From an uncultured cyanobacterium (lineage in GTDB: Bacteria > Cyanobacteriota > Cyanobacteriia > PCC-9006 > JAAUQQ01): a DNA stretch of 64,000 nucleotides. Numbering within the stretch: the stretch's first letter is position 1; every line of letters starts with the position of its first letter. The position numbers and the translations under genes were made by a program. Below, piece after piece: positions 41,492 to 50,905 of this stretch. Below the pieces are notes generated by a model. That model had not been told where the DNA came from and made no database searches. It was given only the letters and a program-made list of their open reading frames with translations. The DNA is taken from assembly GCA_963718615.1 (NCBI GenBank), contig OY970368.1:3648001-3712000 (forward strand), in the 5' to 3' direction.

Positions 41492-42079
41492 GCTATGGAT
41501 TCTGGGGGCAGGGTGCAGCGTTGCCAAAAGCTGGCTTTCCACCGTTGCCAGCTCCCATAAACGCTGTTCAACCTCCCATTGAGGAGAGGCTTGGGTCGCC
41601 AAAATCCAGTAGGCTCCATAATGCCGGGCCTCCGAGGCCATGAGCGCCCTGTAAAAGCTGGCGAGCTTTTGGTCTGGGCAATGCTCCGCTAAGAGACCCA
41701 AACGTTCGTGGCTGCGGGCTTCGATCAGGGCGGCAACCAGCAGCGAGTCCAGAAACCGTTCTGGCTCTTGGCGACGAATTTCGGCCTTGAGCTTACTGCC
41801 GTAGGGTGAGGGCACTAGCGGTCGCAGGGGGATCTGGCGTTCTTCTAGGATTTGGTTGACCTGGTCAAAGTGGTCGAGTTCTTCGCGGGCGATCGCCGTC
41901 AGTGCCTTAATCAACGGTCCGTGGGAGGGATACCGAAACATCAAATTCAGTGCCACCCCGGCAGCCTTGCGCTCGCAGTGGGAATGGTCCAGCAAAATCT
42001 CGTCCAAATTCCCCAGGGATTGGTCAATCCAAGCCACCTGGGTGGGAGACTGCAAAAACTTGATGCTAGCGGCGGGCAT
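41489..42079 (-). CDS. miaE: tRNA-(ms2io6A37) hydroxylase MiaE
   Basis: DHSHCERKAA, EELDHF, IEARSHER, SEARH di-iron motifs. Confidence 0.92.
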   Translation of the reverse strand: MPAASIKFLQSPTQVAWIDQSLGNLDEILLDHSHCERKAAGVALNLMFRYPSHGPLIKALTAIAREELDHFDQVNQILEERQIPLRPLVPSPYGSKLKAEIRRQEPERFLDSLLVAALIEARSHERLGLLAEHCPDQKLASFYRALMASEARHYGAYWILATQASPQWEVEQRLWELATVESQLLATLHPAPRIHS

Positions 42080-42153
42080 AGGAAATTCTAAATAGGAAAT
42101 GCTGAAACCGTTCTGCATACCTTGAGTTGGGTCTCAGATCCAGAATAGCCCGA

Positions 42154-42627
42154 CTAGGACTGAGGCTGAAGATGCCAGACCAACGCTTGTAACCCAAGTC
42201 GATAGCTATTGGCCCCAAATCCGCTAATTTGGCCCACTGCCACTGGGGCGATAAAAGAATGATGTCGGAATTCCTCTCGCTTGTAGAGATTGCTGAGATG
42301 GACTTCGACCGTGGGAATCCCTACACCGGCGATCGCATCCCGCAGCGCCACGCTGGTATGGGTGTAGGCCCCTGCATTAATCAACAGCCCTTGATATTGA
42401 CCCACAGCACCATGAATAGCATCCAAGAGCACGCCCTCGTGGTTGGATTGAAGAAAATCGACAGAAACTCCGAGGGAAATTGCTAACTCCCGGAGATCAT
42501 CATCAACCGCTGCAAGCGTAGTCTTGCCGTAAATGCCTGGCTCCCGTTGACCCAACAGGTTTAGGTTGGGTCCGTGGATAACCAAAATACTGGGATGGGG
42601 AGGTGAACGATGGGGAAATGAACTCAC
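42154..42627 (-). CDS. aroQ: Type II 3-dehydroquinate dehydratase
   Basis: [36 protein letters not shown]. Confidence 0.96.
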   Translation of the reverse strand: MSSFPHRSPPHPSILVIHGPNLNLLGQREPGIYGKTTLAAVDDDLRELAISLGVSVDFLQSNHEGVLLDAIHGAVGQYQGLLINAGAYTHTSVALRDAIAGVGIPTVEVHLSNLYKREEFRHHSFIAPVAVGQISGFGANSYRLGLQALVWHLQPQS

Positions 42628-42635
42628 GCGATCGC

Positions 42636-42770
42636 CTAGCGATATCGCCGATCATCTACAGGAATCGGAATCAGCTCCGGTTCGGGTTCCACATCGGGTC
42701 CAAGGAGAGCCTCCACCAAGCGGCGAGCCCATTCCTTGAGCTTTTCCAAAATCTTATCAATATAATCCAT
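42636..42770 (-). CDS. Small conserved cyanobacterial protein (44 aa)
   Basis: [38 protein letters not shown]; GGAG upstream. Confidence 0.7.
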   Translation of the reverse strand: MDYIDKILEKLKEWARRLVEALLGPDVEPEPELIPIPVDDRRYR

Positions 42771-43069
42771 GAACTGGAGAACTCCTTGCTCGACATCCCA
42801 AACCTGTGAATGCGCCCATCGATTGTGATGCACGTAAGACAAAAGAATGGGGGGACATGAGTTTAGTCACGTTTCTTTCATGTATGGGAGATCATAGCGA
42901 ATCCTCGCCGAATTGGACAAGGGTATTACGCAGATTCCTGCCCTAGAGACCATGGAGAGCCCCTCAAAATCACTGAGGCTCCCCAGCCAAATGGCTGAGT
43001 CAAATTTTTTTATGCAAAAGTGATGACCTGGTCAAAACCTGTGCTACGATTCATAACCGTGGATAGCGA

Positions 43070-43151
43070 GGGTCGATGCCCGAGTGGTTAATGGGGGCGG
43101 ACTGTAAATCCGCTGGCACTGCCTACGCTGGTTCAAATCCAGCTCGGCCCA
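43070..43151 (+). tRNA. trnY: tRNA-Tyr(GTA)
   Basis: GGGTCGATGCCCGAG...GCGGA-CTGTAAA-TCCGC...GGTTCAAATCC, long variable arm. Confidence 0.97.
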
Positions 43152-43160
43152 TCCACGTCT

Positions 43161-43232
43161 GCCCGTGTAGCTCAGTGGTAGAGCACACCCTTGGTAAGGG
43201 TGAGGTCACGAGTTCAAGTCTCGTCACGGGCT
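43161..43232 (+). tRNA. trnT: tRNA-Thr(GGT)
   Basis: GCCCGTGTAGCTCAG...CACCC-TTGGTAA-GGGTG...AGTTCAAGTCT. Confidence 0.97.
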
Positions 43233-43436
43233 TCTGAAGACTGGCGATTCCGTCTTGACTGAATCATCAGTCTAAATCATTGATAGTTTTTTTGATGGTT
43301 TTTACCCCGTGAGAAATTTCCGGTAGATTCACCGAATCTTTATGGTGGAAGCTCAGGATCCCTGAGGTCTCTCCTGTAAAGAGGATTGTCAACTCAGCCC
43401 TTTAGCGCTGGTCTGCATCCCCTTACGAGAGCCTGC

Positions 43437-44855
43437 ATGGTTGCCTCATTTTTTTTGCTCGTGCCCTACGGCCTCGTGCTGCTTTGGGCCGTTGTGCTTT
43501 TGGTGTTAACTGCCTTTTTGCTGTTGGAATGTGTGGCAGCTTGGTGGTCCTCTAATTCTGTGGCTGATTTTGCGATTGCTTTTGCGACTGATTTACCGGT
43601 TGATTCGGTGGCAGGTTCAGCGGGCTTAGGAAGAAGTAATACGTTGGGCCATCGTCAACCTCGGCCATTATCCCCTCGGCCCAGCGTGGCGGTGCTCGTG
43701 CCAGCCCACAATGAGGCGTCAGGCATTGAGCAGACCTTAATTCAGATGATTCCCCAACTGAATTCTACCGATCGGCTGGTGGTGGTGGCTGATAATTGCA
43801 GCGATGCAACTGCGGCGATCGCTCGTCAACTGGGAGAAACCCAAGCCTCTACCCAAATTCTTGTCCTAGAACGTCACAGCGAGACGGAGCGGGGCAAGGG
43901 CTATGCCCTGGACTATGGTCTACGGGCGCTGGCCCAATCCCCTCAGCCCCCTGATGTGGTCATTATGGTGGATGCGGATTGTTGGGTTCAGCCTCAAGCC
44001 CTAGGGCTCCTGGCGGCCATGGCCTGGCGCACCCAGCAGCCGGTTCAAAGTGCCTACACCCTGACACTGCCCCCTGGTATTACGACCGAAACCGCATCCC
44101 TCAAGGATCAGGTGACGCGGTTTGCCATGCAGGTCAAAAACCGAGTGCGCTTGCAAGGCTTGGCTCAGCTCCATCTGCCAGTTTTGCTGACCGGGACCGG
44201 GATGGCTTTTCCTTGGTCGGTGCTTCAAAAGGTCGATTTAGCCAGCGGACACCTGGTAGAAGACATGAAACTGGGTCTAGATTTGCTGTTAGCGGGATAT
44301 AAGCCCCAGTTTTGTGGCGCAGCTCAGGTCACCAGTGCGCTACCGGCTTGTCAAGCCGCAGCCCATAGTCAGCGCACCCGCTGGGAACATGGGCGGTTGA
44401 CGTTGATGCGAGATTATTTGCCTCGACTGGTGGTGGCGGCGATCGCCCAGCGACGACTGGGACCCTTGGTCTTGGCGCTCGACCTCTGCGTTTTGCCGCT
44501 TTCTTTGCTGACGGTGATGGTTTTTGGAGTTTGGAGCCTAGCGCTGGTGTTGGCCTGGGTCTGGGGGCTGCGGGAAGCGCTGGCGATCGCCAGCCTTGCC
44601 CTGGGATTCCTCGTCCTCGCCACAGGATTGAGCTGGAGCCGCTTTGGGCGTCAGGATCTGCCCGCTCGGCAGTTATGCCAAATTCCGCTGTTTATTCTCT
44701 GGAAATTACCCATCTATCTTCAATTTCTCATCCGTCCCCAGCGCCAATGGATTCGCACCGGGCGCGATGGAGGAACGGAGCTTGACCAACAAGCGCCCCA
44801 GGATGGACTCGAACCATCGACCGACTGCTTAGAAGGCAGTTGCTCTATCCGCTGA
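43437..44855 (+). CDS. Glycosyltransferase family 2, membrane-bound
   Basis: VPAHNE, ADNCSD, GKGYAL, DAD, LVED, QRTRW; start uncertain. Confidence 0.88.
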   Translation: MVASFFLLVPYGLVLLWAVVLLVLTAFLLLECVAAWWSSNSVADFAIAFATDLPVDSVAGSAGLGRSNTLGHRQPRPLSPRPSVAVLVPAHNEASGIEQTLIQMIPQLNSTDRLVVVADNCSDATAAIARQLGETQASTQILVLERHSETERGKGYALDYGLRALAQSPQPPDVVIMVDADCWVQPQALGLLAAMAWRTQQPVQSAYTLTLPPGITTETASLKDQVTRFAMQVKNRVRLQGLAQLHLPVLLTGTGMAFPWSVLQKVDLASGHLVEDMKLGLDLLLAGYKPQFCGAAQVTSALPACQAAAHSQRTRWEHGRLTLMRDYLPRLVVAAIAQRRLGPLVLALDLCVLPLSLLTVMVFGVWSLALVLAWVWGLREALAIASLALGFLVLATGLSWSRFGRQDLPARQLCQIPLFILWKLPIYLQFLIRPQRQWIRTGRDGGTELDQQAPQDGLEPSTDCLEGSCSIR

Positions 44856-44866
44856 GCTACTGGAGC
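44794..44866 (-). tRNA. trnR: tRNA-Arg(TCT)
   Basis: GCTCCAGTAGCTCAG...ACTGC-CTTCTAA-GCAGT...GGTTCGAGTCC. Confidence 0.96.
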
Positions 44867-45129
44867 GGGTGCCGCTATCGTAGCAAACTCTTAGGAACTC
44901 TGTCCCCTGATGGCATCGAACCCGTCAAACGCTGCATTAAACCTCGGTCAAACGCACCGTGCACAATCCCCAGGGAAACCGCCAGAGAAAACCCGATAAA
45001 TCCGCTCTCAACGCCGATTAGGGAGAGTTCCCCGTGTTACCGTTGAAGGGGAAGAGAATCGCAATGCTACGGATTTTTGTCGCACCCGCCTTCCAACCCA
45101 TTCCTGTTCATTTCTAGGCTTCGCTGACT

Positions 45130-46536
45130 ATGCCTCCGAGAAAATTGTCTGATGACGACAAGGTTGCCATTGTTGAGCTCTATCGACAGCCCGGTGAAAC
45201 CACAGGGACAGTCTCTGAGAGATATGGGGTGAGCGTTAGCACCATTAGTCGGCTGCTCAAGGTTGAGCTGCCCTCGGGGGAATACGAAGCCCTGGTTCGC
45301 GAAAAGCGGAGCGGTGGGAGTAACAAAGAGGAGGAAAGCGAGGTTACCGCTGAATCCGATGATCCAATCGGTCCATCTAGTGAAAAAGGTAGAAGATCCA
45401 CGGTGCGATCGCGTCGAACAATCAAAAAGGCTTCAACCGTTAAAAAATCTGCAACGGCAGGCAGGACGGTCAAGAAAAGATCGGTGAGCGAGTCTGAGCC
45501 GGAAGACTTAGATTTAGACCTAGATTCAGAAGATCTAGATGTAGAGCCCGTGGCGATGCCAAAGGTCACTGAAGTGCCGGAGGTCGTTGCCACTAAGGTC
45601 GTTAGGTCGAAGCGCCCCACCAAGCGGGAGCGACCCAAGCCGGAACCTCCCAAGACTGAGCTATTGGGGCCAAAAGGCGGTGAGCTGGACTTCTCTGAGC
45701 CGGAGATGGCTGAATCTGAGCTCTCTAAGCCTGAAATTGCTAGACCTGAAATTGTCAGAGCTGAGACCCCTAAGCCTGACCTGCCTGAAATCATTGAAGT
45801 CGTAGAAGCTCCGGTGGTGAACAATCCGCCCGCGCGACCCAAACCGGTGCTAGCTTCAACCCGTCGCCGTCGTCGTCGCTCTCAATCGGAAGAAGACACT
45901 GAGAATATTGCCCAGCTAGATTTGCTTTCTAGTCCAGTGGCGCAAGCCGAGGAGCCTCCTACCCCCTTCGCTCTAGCCGAGACGCTGGATGAGGATTTGG
46001 ATGAAGATTTGGATGAGGATTTGAACGAACCTTTGGACGAACCCTTGGACGAAGATCTCGCTGAGAATCTAGAGGACTTAGATGATGAGGATCTAGAGGA
46101 CGAGATCGAAGACGATGACGACTTTGATGATGACTTTGATGAGGACGAGGACGACGAGGATGAAGATGAAGATCAGGTTGGCCTTTTAACCCGACGCCCA
46201 GGCTCGGCGGCGGAATTGCTCCAAGTGTTGCCACTAGGGGAGGCCGATCTGGCTCGGATGCTTTATCTGGTCGTCGATCGCACAGCGGATTTGGTGACTT
46301 GCCCGATGCAAGAGTTCAATGATCTAGGCCAGGTGCCAGCGGACGAAGAGACGCGGCAAACCCTGCCGGTGTTTGACAACCATCGGATTGCCCGCCGATT
46401 TTCGAAGCGTAATCAGCGCGTTATCAAAGTCCCAGATGGACGGCTGTTGGCGAAGACTGCGCCCTGGCTAGAAGCCAAAGGTATCACGCGATTTTTACTG
46501 GATGGCCAGGTTTACGCGCTGGACCTCAACTCCTAA
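45130..46536 (+). CDS. N-terminal HTH protein with a long acidic linker and conserved C-terminal domain
   Basis: RYGVSVSTISRLLK HTH; D/E tract; LPVFDNHRIARRFS...KVPDG...KGIT. Confidence 0.75.
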   Translation: MPPRKLSDDDKVAIVELYRQPGETTGTVSERYGVSVSTISRLLKVELPSGEYEALVREKRSGGSNKEEESEVTAESDDPIGPSSEKGRRSTVRSRRTIKKASTVKKSATAGRTVKKRSVSESEPEDLDLDLDSEDLDVEPVAMPKVTEVPEVVATKVVRSKRPTKRERPKPEPPKTELLGPKGGELDFSEPEMAESELSKPEIARPEIVRAETPKPDLPEIIEVVEAPVVNNPPARPKPVLASTRRRRRRSQSEEDTENIAQLDLLSSPVAQAEEPPTPFALAETLDEDLDEDLDEDLNEPLDEPLDEDLAENLEDLDDEDLEDEIEDDDDFDDDFDEDEDDEDEDEDQVGLLTRRPGSAAELLQVLPLGEADLARMLYLVVDRTADLVTCPMQEFNDLGQVPADEETRQTLPVFDNHRIARRFSKRNQRVIKVPDGRLLAKTAPWLEAKGITRFLLDGQVYALDLNS

Positions 46537-46546
46537 GCTCAGCCGC

Positions 46547-46756
46547 TCAGCGATTCACAAGACCCTGAACGGCCACCGCCCCCACCATTCCAGCCATGGC
46601 ACAAAAAGCGAGCAGGATGCCTACGGGTAAATTGATCAACGGGAAGGCCAAAAACTGGAGTGAGATGGGGGTGTAATTCTGGATGGCGAGGATGGCGATC
46701 GCCCCCACCCACAACGCACAGGTGACAGTCGCCAGCAACGGCAGTAAATTTTTCAT
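46547..46756 (-). CDS. LapA/DUF1049-like small membrane protein
   Basis: Two TM segments with QNYTPISLQFL...LPVG. Confidence 0.7.
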   Translation of the reverse strand: MKNLLPLLATVTCALWVGAIAILAIQNYTPISLQFLAFPLINLPVGILLAFCAMAGMVGAVAVQGLVNR

Positions 46757-46778
46757 AGGGTTCAATCCAGGCTTGATA

Positions 46779-47627
46779 TCAGTCCGGTATGGACAATGCT
46801 AGCTGATAAATTTGTCGCCGGGGCAGGGCGAGCTGGTCGGCCAGTTGGCGGCTGGCGCTGGAGCGAGACAGCCCTTGGCTCAAAAGTTGGGTCAACTCGG
46901 TTTTGATGGCTGCATCGGAGAGTTGAAGCGTTTCTAGGATCGCTCCGGCAACGATCAGCGTATATTCTCCTTGGGGAGGGCGAGTTTCGGTGTGGGCGAT
47001 CGCCTCTCCCACCGTGCCCCGCCAAAATTCTTCATGCAGCTTGGTTAATTCACGGGCAAGAACCATAGGTCGGTCGGGACCAAAGCGATCGCCCAAATCC
47101 ACCAAAGTTGCCCGCAGTCGATGGGGAGATTCGTAGAATACCAGCGTGCGCGGATCGGTTTTGAGCTGATCAAGGGTCTGGCGTCGCGCTTTGGATTTGG
47201 CGGGTAAAAATCCTTCAAACGTAAACCGTTCCGTTGCGATTCCGGCGGCACAGAGGGCAGTGGTTACAGCGCTGACGCCTGGGATCGGCACGACGGGAAT
47301 TTGGGCGGCAATGCAGGCCCTCACCAGATCCGCACCGGGGTCGGAGATTACAGGAATTCCCGCATCACTGACGAGGGCGATCGCCGCTCCTGCTTCTAAT
47401 CGCGTCAGCAAATCGGGGATCCGACGACTGCGGTTGTGCTCGTGATAGCTAAGTTGGGGGGTTTCGATTTGAAAAGCCTGGAGCAGTTTGCCCGTGTGGC
47501 GGGTGTCCTCTGCGGCAATCCAGTCCACAGCTTTGAGAATTCGCACCGCTCGAAACGTCATGTCCTCCAAATTGCCAATGGGGGTGGCGACAACGTAGAG
47601 GGTGCGGGGCTGGGGCTCGGAAGGCAT
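46779..47627 (-). CDS. rsmI: 16S rRNA C1402 2'-O-methyltransferase
   Basis: VATPIGNLED, AEDTRH, SDAGIPVISDPG, YESPHR, RELTKLHEE. Confidence 0.96.
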   Translation of the reverse strand: MPSEPQPRTLYVVATPIGNLEDMTFRAVRILKAVDWIAAEDTRHTGKLLQAFQIETPQLSYHEHNRSRRIPDLLTRLEAGAAIALVSDAGIPVISDPGADLVRACIAAQIPVVPIPGVSAVTTALCAAGIATERFTFEGFLPAKSKARRQTLDQLKTDPRTLVFYESPHRLRATLVDLGDRFGPDRPMVLARELTKLHEEFWRGTVGEAIAHTETRPPQGEYTLIVAGAILETLQLSDAAIKTELTQLLSQGLSRSSASRQLADQLALPRRQIYQLALSIPD

Positions 47628-47630
47628 GGA

Positions 47631-47694
47631 GTGATTGAACGGTGATTGAACGGTGATTGAACAGACAGTGATTGAACAGACAGTGATTGAACAG
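47631..47694. repeat. Tandem GTGATTGAAC(AGACA) repeats, 5 units with 11/15-bp period
   Basis: gtgattgaacg x2, gtgattgaacagaca x2, gtgattgaacaga. Confidence 0.85.
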
Positions 47695-47713
47695 AGTCTT
47701 TTCAGTTGGACTC

Positions 47714-48901
47714 TCAGTTTACGGCCCTTCGCCAAAGATAGTAGCGATCGCAAAACTCATCCAAATCCTCCTGTAGCTGCGCGAGGGAACAACCCGTCGC
47801 GAGGCTGGTGGCGATCGCACTCCCCCCGGCGGCAACCCCTTCTTTCACAAAACCGGCTTCGTAGGCCCGTAGGGCTCTATGGCGAGAGCGGGAGAAGTCT
47901 AAGTCCGTCGCCAGGAGAATGGGCGGGGGTGGGTTGGAAAAGCGATCGCCAATGGCCCGCGCCAAACCTGGGGTATCGCCCGAGGGATCGGCGGCAACCC
48001 AGCGGGTCGTACCAATGGCGATGTTGTCTGGGTTCCAATGTTTTTTTTGAAGGGATGAATGAGTCTGAGGCGACAGCGTCATCAGGGCTGCGGCAATGGC
48101 GTACACCGCTAGCATTTGCGTACCGCCGGCCAAGAGAACGCCGTGGGTTGGGCTGAGGGCAATTGCCATTCCTGCCACCACAAGCTGCATCGGATCCCCC
48201 ACTGCCGCCGTAATTTCAACGGCATTTTTCTGTCCCCGAGGTGGGTCACCCAGGGCTTGTTTTAATCCCTGGTGGGCGATCGCAGCCTTTTGGCCATGGT
48301 TACAGTGCGGATGACTGCTATTTACCCGCCCCTGGGCCGCAACCCCAAGACCCAAGAGCACCGCCAGGGCACTCGTGGTTCCCCCCACGACACATTCTCC
48401 TAGCACCCAATAGGAACCTGAGGGCGATCGCGCCGCCTGGGCAGTTCCCCAGGCTAACCCCGCTTGCAAGAGATGGTGCGCCCTGTCCAAGGGCAAGGCG
48501 GCTCCCGTGCTCACACAACGGGCAACTTGGCCTTGCAGATCCACTTGTAAAACGCCGGGGCAGGGGGGGAGTGACAAGGGCACCGGCAAGCCCGCATCCA
48601 AGAGGGTTACCGGAATCTGTCCCTGCTCCACGAGGGCACGGGTAATGAGGACTGGCGACACCCCTGCGGTCAAGGGCGGCAAGGGATAACGGGGGGGGCC
48701 GCTGAGCCCCTGGGCTAAAAACTCTGCGTCGGCAAGGGCAGTCCAGCGGCGATCGCTCGGCGTCTGACCCGCTGCCGAAATGCCAGGGATCAAAGCCGTT
48801 TCCGTAAATCCCAAAACACAACCGAGGGACCAAGGCTGTCCTCGAAACCGAGCTAGCCAAGCCTCGCCCCGCTGCCGTTCGGTATAGATTTGGATTGACA
48901 T
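47714..48901 (-). CDS. cobT: Nicotinate-mononucleotide-dependent phosphoribosyltransferase CobT (cyanobacterial/archaeal type)
   Basis: TETALIPGISAAG, GECVVGGTT, GDPMQ, LAGGTQM, GFVKEGV. Confidence 0.88.
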   Translation of the reverse strand: MSIQIYTERQRGEAWLARFRGQPWSLGCVLGFTETALIPGISAAGQTPSDRRWTALADAEFLAQGLSGPPRYPLPPLTAGVSPVLITRALVEQGQIPVTLLDAGLPVPLSLPPCPGVLQVDLQGQVARCVSTGAALPLDRAHHLLQAGLAWGTAQAARSPSGSYWVLGECVVGGTTSALAVLLGLGVAAQGRVNSSHPHCNHGQKAAIAHQGLKQALGDPPRGQKNAVEITAAVGDPMQLVVAGMAIALSPTHGVLLAGGTQMLAVYAIAAALMTLSPQTHSSLQKKHWNPDNIAIGTTRWVAADPSGDTPGLARAIGDRFSNPPPPILLATDLDFSRSRHRALRAYEAGFVKEGVAAGGSAIATSLATGCSLAQLQEDLDEFCDRYYLWRRAVN

Positions 48902-48905
48902 TACC

Positions 48906-49733
48906 CTATTCGGTTTCTAGTTCCAGCATGACCTGAACCCAATTCGGGGGATCGGGCACCCGCAGCCCCAGCCGCTTGAGCAAAAACCAAGCTGCCAGGT
49001 GAACCGCAAACAGATAAATCAAGCCATTGATCACCACCAGAACCACGGCCAAGATCTGCACCACCTGCAAATCGGGTTGGATTAATAACCCCAACCGAAT
49101 CGAGACCCAGCTAATCAGCTTGGTGACTTGGGTGGTGACATAAATCCAGAGGTCTTCGCCCAGGAGCACCGAAGTGAGCGCCACCCGAAAGAAAAATCCA
49201 ATGGTGTTAATAATCGTGCCGAGAAAAATAGACAGACCCCAGCCCGCACCCCGTCGCCAGCAACAGCCAAATAACACCCCCAATAATCCTGACGGCATTA
49301 GAAAAAACAGACTCCGTACGGGTCCCATAAACACCGTTAACAGCAAACTGGAGACCACGGTCGCCATCCAGGCCGCCCGCAGATTCCAGCGGAGATAGAC
49401 TAGGGCAATCGGGATGGGAAAACAGATCCGCCAAATTGGCCCCAGGGGAAAATAAAAATTGATCAGCCACAGCAAACTGGTTGTGCTAGCCAAAAACGCC
49501 GTTTCGACTAGGGCAACGGGGGGCTGCACTAAGGTTGTGGGGCGGAGTAAGGGAACCATCGGGGCCGCCGGGGGACTCCAGGTCTCTCCAGAGGGAATAG
49601 CTCCATCGACCCACTCCTGCCAGCTATCGCTGTTACTGTCCATAGGACGGTCGGCGGAACCGGCCTCCAGAGGCCCCGACTCCGGCGCGGCGGATTGGGG
49701 ATCGTGGGAATTTGAAGCAGCGGGTTTGGACAT
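48906..49733 (-). CDS. DUF2232-family membrane protein
   Basis: LVETAFLAS, PIPIALVYLRW, MGPVRS. Confidence 0.82.
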   Translation of the reverse strand: MSKPAASNSHDPQSAAPESGPLEAGSADRPMDSNSDSWQEWVDGAIPSGETWSPPAAPMVPLLRPTTLVQPPVALVETAFLASTTSLLWLINFYFPLGPIWRICFPIPIALVYLRWNLRAAWMATVVSSLLLTVFMGPVRSLFFLMPSGLLGVLFGCCWRRGAGWGLSIFLGTIINTIGFFFRVALTSVLLGEDLWIYVTTQVTKLISWVSIRLGLLIQPDLQVVQILAVVLVVINGLIYLFAVHLAAWFLLKRLGLRVPDPPNWVQVMLELETE

Positions 49734-49753
49734 GGGCAAAGGTTAAACACAAA

Positions 49754-50458
49754 TTATCCAACTAACGCCTCTAGGGCGGCCAGATCCGGGATTTGCATGA
49801 TGTCGCGATCGCGCACCACCAATCCCTTCTTCTCTAGCTTACGCAGCACCCGCGTCACCGTTTCACGCGCCAGACCGCTGAGGCTGCTGAGTTCCCGGTG
49901 AGGAAAGGCAGGAATCACCCAGCCGGAGCCCTCGGGTCTGCCTTGGCCATCCACCAAAAACAGCAGCACATCCACCAACCGCGCCGTACTGTCTGCTTCC
50001 CGCAGTCGCAGTCGCCGATTGACCTGCCGCAGCCGAGAGGCTAAGAGCTGAGACAGATGCACCCCCGCTAAAGGTTCCGTATGCAGCAAGTCCAGAAAAT
50101 CCTGGGCCGGAATACTACAGATATGCGTATCCAACAGCGTAATCACATCCGTGGACCGGGGAATGGCATCCAACGCCGCCATTTCGCCAAATAGATCGCC
50201 GTTGGTTAAAAGATTGAGCGTGATTTCCTTACCATCGAGATTGTGGGTCCTGACTTTAACCCAACCCTCCAAAATAAAATGGATCGAGGCTCCCCCATCA
50301 TTCTCAAAGACAATGACATGGTTGGCCGGATAGCTCCGGAGAACCGGGTGAGCGATCGCACGCTCCACTGATTCCACGGGTAATCCCTTAAATAAATTGC
50401 AGTGCTTCAGCAAGATCGGTCGCCAATCAGCGTCGAGGGAGCCATGCCGGTAAGCCAT
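49754..50458 (-). CDS. Crp/Fnr-family transcriptional regulator
   Basis: FGEMA, PRSTDV, C-terminal GLARETVTRVL HTH. Confidence 0.9.
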   Translation of the reverse strand: MAYRHGSLDADWRPILLKHCNLFKGLPVESVERAIAHPVLRSYPANHVIVFENDGGASIHFILEGWVKVRTHNLDGKEITLNLLTNGDLFGEMAALDAIPRSTDVITLLDTHICSIPAQDFLDLLHTEPLAGVHLSQLLASRLRQVNRRLRLREADSTARLVDVLLFLVDGQGRPEGSGWVIPAFPHRELSSLSGLARETVTRVLRKLEKKGLVVRDRDIMQIPDLAALEALVG

Positions 50459-50905
50459 TCACACGTAAACTCTGGGCAGAGGAATTTCATCGTCATCATA
50501 CGTCAATCCCTGGACCGATGGACAGGGCAAGGCACTCGGCATTCCCAAAATAAGACCGATCCCAAAGGCTTGCATCGGTCACCTCAGCCCCTAAGATATT
50601 TCCAGTTTTAAGATATTCCCGGTATTCCCGGTTTGAAGGTCCAGATCGAAATCCCAAACCAGGGTTTAGATGCCCTGATGTCTTAGGGGCAACCGCCCCC
50701 TAAGGGGCAGCTCCCGCAGCTCCAACAGGGGCTTTGGCATACGCAAATGGGGGTGCGATAAATCTAACACCCGGTGTTAAGCTAGGCACGAAAGCAAGAT
50801 CTTGATGGTTAACCCTTTCGTGGCAGCCACAGCCTCTACCCAGTATCATTGGCCAATTTAGCTGGGTGGAAAGAAGACCTTTAGCCATCCACATGAGGTG
50901 CTGGC

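Noticed and set aside
45130-46536. HTH protein as a transposase
   Set aside because: No DDE/HUH domain or terminal repeats; looks like a conserved chromosomal protein
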